A stretch of DNA of 64,000 nt from Nymphaea colorata. Lineage: Eukaryota. Position numbers and translations under genes: made by a program. Under the pieces are notes generated by a model that was given only the letters and a program-made list of their open reading frames with translations, searched no databases and was not told the DNA's origin. The stretch covers positions 34,968,001 to 35,032,000 of the forward strand of contig NC_045138.2 of NCBI RefSeq assembly GCF_008831285.2, in the 5' to 3' direction. This document shows, piece by piece, positions 53,501 to 64,000 of the stretch; positions within the stretch are counted from its first letter, which is position 1, and the number at the start of each line of letters is the position of its first letter.

Positions 53501-56500
53501 ACAACATTGATGCGAAATGAATCCTACTGCTTGTACAATATTGAGGGTAAATGAAGGACATATCATTTGCACAACGAGCACTCAAGCTTATGATTTAAAT
53601 CGATGATTAATGAGTTGTTTCAAAATAAAAATTTGACATCTTTTGTTATGTTTCCTAGCTTCTTGGACCTGTGAGGAACTCCCAACTCCTCTTTGTTCTT
53701 GAAAGATGTCGTTTTCTGATTACCAAAACGGCTACCCGGCAAACCTATTCCATTCATATCGAGTGTAATGAATTTCCTATCGTGTGTTTGCAGTGTTAGC
53801 TGGGCAATGACTTGCATAAAGATGGTTAAACAGTTGTTTGTTTGCGTTTTTTGTTTATTGGCTTGCCATAATTTGGTAGGAAACCAACTCTATGCCTGTA
53901 CATTTGAGAGCTTGAAAACCACACCCAAAACACCAGAAATCTCCTCAGAGATAGTGTTGTTGTTGTAAACTTCTATTTCCAAAATTGTGGATGTTTAGGT
54001 GACTTCAACCTTTGACAATTGATTTGTTTTGCTTCCCAAGACCGGTTATCCCTTGGGTTTAGCTTATTTGATTGCAGGGAATCTGATTTGACCCAGTGGT
54101 TGCAAATTTATATTGAAATGAAGAATTTTTGCTATAAATTCATGAGAAAATTACATATATGTGCAGAAATTAGATTGCTTGCAGCAACCTGACAAGTTTC
54201 TAGTAGTCAATTAGTCTGTCTTTTACCTGAATTTGTGATCTCAGTTCTGCTAGTGTATGCATGAGACAACTTAAGTCAGAGTCATGTACACTTAAAGCAG
54301 TCTTTCAAATTTGTTGATATTCAGTTGCCATTTACCATAGTCCAATTAGTTTAGAGAGTACAGACTCTATAATTAAAGCGTTTATCAGTTTATCTTAGAG
54401 CTCTTACATTTTTTTCCAAGTCTCATTCATTTGTTTCCAAGTTGGTGATCAAAAGAAACTTTTGAAGAAATTAAGGGGCTGATGCATCCAGAGAATCTTG
54501 CATTTTTGGTCTATCTTCGTACATGTTTGGCGTCTAGAGAATTGTGCACTTTTTAGTCCGTTTTAGTATCTGTTTGTTCCCCATATTTGATACGGACTTG
54601 CCACTTATTGGAAAAGTATACCAAAATTACTTTTGTTGCCTCTTAGGTAGAATCTGCAACATTGTTTAGTATTCAAGCGGAATCCTTCTCATTAACCTTG
54701 TAGCCATTAGTGGAAATCTTTGTACACTTTGTACTATTGCCTGCTTTGTTGATTTGGTTTTTCCTTTTTCTTTTGTTTTTGTGTGCGTGTGGGTGAGAGA
54801 GATTTTATATTTGGTAGTTAATAAGCATAGAGTTCAACTTAGTTAGTGAATGTAGGATTATTTCTTCATTTTCTTGGTGTGTTTTTATTCCAACTTTTTT
54901 GGCTTGAGTTGTTGAATTATTGAGCTTAAAGTGCAAGGAGGAGAGATTAGACAAGTAGGGATAGAGTAGAAGTCTACTTGTGTTTGATGGTTTAATTGAG
55001 TGTTTATTTCTTGATTTTATTGCGGCTCAACAGTGATGGTTTGTGGAAGAACAAGATCTTGCGAAGCTGGGAACTGAACTTTTTTCATACCTTACTGTAA
55101 ATGAGAAAAAGATGGGTAGCACTGTTTGTGAATAATGTGTTATTTACTGAACTTGCGTAGATAGTGAATAATGGGCGGTTCTTTTTTCCTTAGAATTAGT
55201 ATGATCGTTCTGCTGTTACAGTGGGTCTATATGTTGATGACGCGTCAAGAATAATTTCAAGGCAGCTTCAGTGTATAGTAGTAAACTTTGCGCCCTAACT
55301 GAATTTGACATGTTTACCCTAAGCCAAGGCCACCTTGGTTGAACAGGTATTTGGCAGTTAGGTGGTATTGCAGACTTGAAAGCTAGAGATTAAATTGTGA
55401 CGCCGAGCTTGCAAGGTTAGGCATTTTCAAGTGGATTGTCACTGGCCTTTTATCATTTTCCAGATATCCTTTCCTTGTTCTGCATGGGTTCTTGCAGTTG
55501 CACAGGCCATTAAATTTTCGGAGTTGAGGTTAGGATCTAGACAACAAGGCACAAGAAAATCCTTGAGCATTAGGGATACCTTGCAATTCTACATGCTTTT
55601 CTGAAAAGCATTACTCAGTAACCCTATTATAGTTGTACCGCTCTTCCTCAGGTTAATAGATTTGGGTTTTTGGTTAATCCACAATGCATATGTCACACTT
55701 TCCTTTCACCAATGATATCTGCTCAATTGTTCCTTGAAGACGACTGGGCTTTCAAACTTCAAATATAAGCTAAGCTGTTCTTATATGGTGCAGGTTGCTT
55801 ATCCTCTTCCACAACGTGTTTGGTCTGCTGCTTTGGCGGATCTGAAACACACTCCCCCCTCAAATAGCTTCAGTTTCACTTTCATGATTTCACAGAGTAG
55901 AATACTAATAATGCTGACCCACAGGTGATCCTAATGCAGCCCAGCAAATTACCTTTATATCTTCACTTAGAATGTGATGTAAAGGTTCGGTCAAAGACTA
56001 AATAATTGGATCTCCAATGAGTAAAAAGATAAAAGACAAGAAGGAGAGCAGTAGTAGGGGCATGGTGGTCAACACGGGCAAAATGTGATGGCTGATAAAC
56101 TTGCAGTAAATAGTTTGGCAGAAGGCTTGTGCCTGGGAAGGCGAGTAAGCTGTTTCTCGGTGGCAAGGGAGACTCACTGGTCATTGGGATGCACATTGCC
56201 TAGTTGACGCAATCCATTGATAGTTGAAACCTGTGAAGAAGTCCATGGACCAGGTGACTGATTGTAGGGCGGCCTGTGAATGGAAGGTGAGTGGTTTATT
56301 ATATCAGGATCAGTAGCATGGATTTATTTTGAAATAATAGATTTGATGTTCACTTGCACCTCCAGCATGACTTTTTTATTTTTTGCTGTATTATAGCAGA
56401 CTGCCTAGTAAAGAATTCTTGTGACACAGGACTATGGACATGCCTTAGAATGCCCAATTTAACCAATAGGCACACATACATTATGAATCCCCAAATTATG

Positions 56501-57162
56501 CTGGAGGTTTTATTGCTTGAACTGTTTTACCATTCTAAAAAGGACCAATGCATTCCTGCTTGATGTTGTTGGCGGCATCTTTGAGAGGTACGCTTTGTTC
56601 ATGGGTTCAGGAGATCAATTCATGCTCTTAAGAATGCTAGCAGAATTAGTCCTTTGGTGGACAAGGGGCCTCAGAAGTGTCTTGCAAAACAGTCATTTTG
56701 AATACAACATGCATGTGTGGTATTGTCCTTTTTTTTTTTGGTTTATTATGTAGAAAAAGAATGGGACAACGAAGCTGGAGGTAGGAACTGGAAGTCTGGA
56801 ACTATATTGGTGCACTAGATGAATGGCTGAAGGTGCTTTCTCTCTCTCTCTCTCTCTTTGATGATACTCATTCGTGGGTTTAGGATGTGGGCAATTGTAG
56901 AGCCATGTTAAATTTTCAATCAACGTACATCGCCCTCCTCCCTCCTCGATGAAATTCACATTGAAGTACAGGCAGCTAAGCCATTGTTGTTGGATTGCAG
57001 CTAAGCCACAGTTGTTGTTGGCCTTTTCAACGGGAGAGAGTTAGGATTTTTTTTCGGAAATTCTTTGATGTTGCTTATGACAAAATACAGAAGTTGGTTT
57101 AACTGTCAAAGTGTTTGGCATTGGGTATAAAATTGTGTGGGATCCCCAAGAGACTGATCTAG

Positions 57163-57212
<50 letters not shown>

Positions 57213-60200
57213 TCAAGGACACCACAAACATTGGGAGTCTGGCGAGGGAGAACCCTAATTGGGGATTAGGGCTGATGAGCGTGCGTAGCCGTGGGTACAA
57301 CTGGTAGTGGCTAACAACTGGTATCATAGCATACCAGAGCAGTGTTGATCCTTCAGCCATAATATGAAATTCCTCATAGCTGTATGGCCATGCCCTCGCG
57401 AGTTTTGGTCTATGGCTCCGGTGGCAGCTCTTCCTCTTCCTCGTCTAGGAGTGTTATGAGAGGTTGTGCCTAGGAGTGTTATGAGAGGTTGTGCCGCCGT
57501 ATTTTTTAGGAGTAAGAGGGAGGCGTCTTCACAATAGATGGTTCTTTTCATCCGTTGGAAGAGGGAGGCATCTTACACCTGAGGGATTTTAAGGATTACA
57601 GCCGCTGCTTATAGAAACTCCATATCGGGATGGATAGGTTTGAAGGATTGGTTGATGAATGCTTTGTTAATTGTAGAGAAGCCAAAGGAGGATGTTCACA
57701 CTGGGGTTTAGAAAGGTCTGCTTATAGAAACTCCCTATGGGGCATGGATAGGTTTGAAGGATTGGTTGATGAATGCTTTGTTAATTGTAGAGAAGCCAAA
57801 GGAGGGATGTTCACACTATGGGGTTTAGAAAGGTCACTTGTCTCCGACCAACTAGTGGTGCAAGGCTGCAGTGGCCTAGTGAGTGGGAGTCCTACGGAAG
57901 CATCTCTTGATGTTGGCAAGTTACTGGTGAGAGTTGCAAGCGAGTCTTTTTTCTTGGAAGGAGGCGAAATTGTGATTGCAGAGTGTCTACAAGTGAGTTT
58001 AAAAAAAGGGTGGTGGATGGACTATTAGATGAGCAAGAACACTCGTTGTAGGCATACAGAGAGGGGTGGTGGGTGAGGCTGAACTCTCTAAAGATGCTAC
58101 CATTGGGTATCAATTTTTTAAAACATGCTTGTGGGTTGAGAAAAAAAAAAGACGGGAGAGTCACATCCCTGCTAGCAGTGTTGCATCAATATACCCCAAG
58201 CTTTAAGCTTTTAGGGGGGGTTGCACCTTAAGATCTTTGCAGCTGTCATGGTAGCTTGAACAGGCAATAGGCATTATAGGCATTGTTGATAAAAGGGAGA
58301 CAGAGTTAAGAATGATCCAGGCAGAATTGGAGAGGGGGCATGTAGGTGACCGAATGGTTACAAGCATTGTATCTGTCGGAGGGGGAACGAGACGGAAGCC
58401 TATAATAAATCCGAAAAGAAATGAATGATGCATTCTCTGTGATAGTAGGATCACATGTTCCTCGGAGTACTAAGCAGGTAGTGGGGCATATATCACAATC
58501 TCTCAGCCTTCAAGAATGATGAGCACCTTTCTTAATCTCCTGAGGCACACCTTGTTGATGACCCATTTCCAACCAGTCACTGACGAGCACTTTGAAGTTA
58601 ATTTCAAGGTTAGGCTAACATTGATTGAAATTGCCAGGAAATATCCTTTTAACAAAGATGTTGTTCGGGTAATTACACAATTAGGAAGCGGCTGTTGAAG
58701 TTGTAGAGAGGGGAAAAGATTTTGCCATATTGCATATTCATTCCAGTGGGCCTACCCTGGTCACATTGCTTATGATGGGCTACCCTGATCACATTGCTTG
58801 AGAAGATCTGCAAAACAAACACAGTCGGACTGCATCTCCTGGCTCAATGGAAGGCTGTTCTCGTACAACAACCATTTTTCTTTACACGTTGAGGAGAAAG
58901 TGGTTTTTAGGCATTGGGTATAAAATTGGATAGGATCCCCAAGAGACTGATCTAGTAGTGCTTATATATGGTCTAAGGACCACCACTAACATTGAGGGTC
59001 TGGCCCTCTGGCCATGGATAACCCTAATCGGGGATTAGGGGTTCGAAGGGGGGACTCTTGTTAGGGGTGGCTGACACAAAGCCTTTCCAATAATTAGGTG
59101 TTTGACCTACCTAATATTGTTAGGTTTTTAACTTGACAATTTTGGATCAAAGGAAATTATCTTGAAATGTGCATTGGGTAACAACCAACCCCAATGTGAT
59201 AACTCGGATGAAGGCAATTAGAATTCCAACCATCTTTTTCGAGATTCAGCTGTTGTTTTGATTGCAAACAGATTCAGCTGTTGTTTTGATTGCAAACGAC
59301 TTCCCCCAACAAACTAACTTCATTCTATGTTGGCACTTGGAGAATCCGTCCATTCTATTCATTGCTAAGTTGACATATCCTTCTCAGGACAGTGCTTGCT
59401 TGCTGTTATCTGAAGTGATGATTTTGACAAGAAAAATTTTAGAGTAGGATTTTAGATTGTTTCTCTCGGTACTTTAACTTGGAGACTGAAGGACGGAAGT
59501 AAATTCCTTTCATTTGTGTTGTCAACAAAAAGTAAAGTTTGAGTGCACAGCATTCCCTGGAGAAGCACAGCTGTTATTTTCTCTTTGATTCCTCTTTCCA
59601 CCAGTCCTTAAACCCAATATCCCCAGACTGCATGGATGAGATAGAAAGCTTCGTTCAAGAATTCATTCAGTCGTAAATGAAACCGTTTTCTTTGGTTCGG
59701 GAAGCAGTTGGATCCACATTTCAGGTATAAAGACGCAAAAGCTTTCTCAGTTCATCAGTTAAAGTGGAAACTTCTTCAAGGAGCACTACTTGTTGAAGCC
59801 CAGTATGGGCCACCGAAGTCCAATTAGATAGAGTTTTGTTACTATTTTGAGTCATATGAAACGAGTTGCCACACCAAGCTGACAGTGCATTAATGTCATG
59901 CCCAGACCTCGTTACAGCCGTGGAATAAGATGAAGGGAAAGCCTTTTTGGCCTTTAACTAGCAACTTAAGGCAAAACGTACCACAAAAATTTAATTATTG
60001 TATATATGCTATATGTTGCCTCAAATAACTGGAAATTTTAATGCGTGGAAAAAAGTTCTCTTTCTTGGAAGCGTTTTATTTTAATCAGAATCTTTTCATA
60101 GATTTTATTACAAAAACTGATTTTATTTAATTTATAAACCAAAAGGTGAGCCAAAAGAATTTTCCTTAAAAATATATTTCTTTAAGAAAATTGAGCTCAG

Positions 60201-60912
60201 TTGTATAATCACATTTTGTTAGGTATTTAACTTGAAAATTTTGGATCAAAGGAAATTACGGGTGACAATGAAGGGTTTAAACCCCAACGCTGATGAAGGC
60301 AATTTGAACTCCAGGCATCTTTTTTGAGATTCGGCTGTTGTTCCTCCCCCAACAAAGGTTCCTACTCATTGCTAAGTTGAAGCGATGAGTTTGTTCAAGT
60401 GGGATTTTGGATTTTATGGCAGCTCATGGCAAACCGTGTCGTACTCTTGATTTAACAGTTATTGTGACAGAAAATAATCTCATATAAATATATTATTTAA
60501 CGTAGTGTCAAGACAATTAAGTCTCGAACTTTCATTAGGCTGCGTTTTTTTCGCCCCTGACTTAAGCTATACCGGTGATTATAGGCACCGCCGTAAGGCG
60601 ATGCCGGTGATGGACGCCATCGGAATTGGTCTTTTGCGGTGATTGAATTCACCTCTGCATGGGATCTCAACCGGTGATTTGTGCCGCCGCTATTTTGCAC
60701 AAGTTATAGCGGTGATGGGATTCACTGCTGTCGATCTATAGCGGTGATGGTTTGCGTCGAAACTGTACCGGTGACGTCTCTCACCGTTGTAAATCTACAG
60801 TGGTGATCGACTTGAAAATGGTCATTTGTGATTAAAAACGGATATCAATATTTGATCAAAGGTCAGAAATGGTAAATCTGATTCATTCTAATCCATTGAG
60901 TGCGATGGAATT
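49413..60912 (+). repeat. Tandem-array unit, copy D (11500 bp)
   Basis: Near-identical to the 3' part of C and the 5' part of E; ORF-track offsets 11491-11500 bp (44863/56354, 49638/61138). Confidence 0.98.

Positions 60913-64000
<3,088 letters not shown>

Overview
AT-rich flowering-plant nuclear DNA with no intact protein-coding gene that I can support. Two compartments are visible. (1) A macro-tandem array of an ~11.5-kb non-coding mosaic unit: tail of one copy at 1-2668, copy A 2669-12359, a diverged and rearranged copy B 12360-18050, then copies C 38234-49412, D 49413-60912 and partial E 60913-64000. Each unit carries a GC/CpG-rich first-exon-like island followed by intron-like DNA, an LTR-end/PBS(Met) remnant (deleted in C), degenerate LINE ORF2 pieces, CACTA-like subterminal repeats and (AT)n tracts. 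(2) A ~20-kb interruption (18051-38233) packed with intron-retaining, disabled fragments of unrelated genes: type IA DNA topoisomerase, inositol-tetrakisphosphate 1-kinase, PATROL1/unc-13 homolog and at least one unidentified gene. It also holds a hAT-type element with an exact 8-bp TSD and an LTR remnant. Both junctions of a ~10.2-kb inversion (23692-33901) can be reconstructed from an 8-bp microhomology, and one PATROL1 exon is separately inverted. Undoing the large inversion shows that the interruption shares modules with the tandem unit. Protein identities come from my recall of conserved motifs and need BLASTX confirmation.
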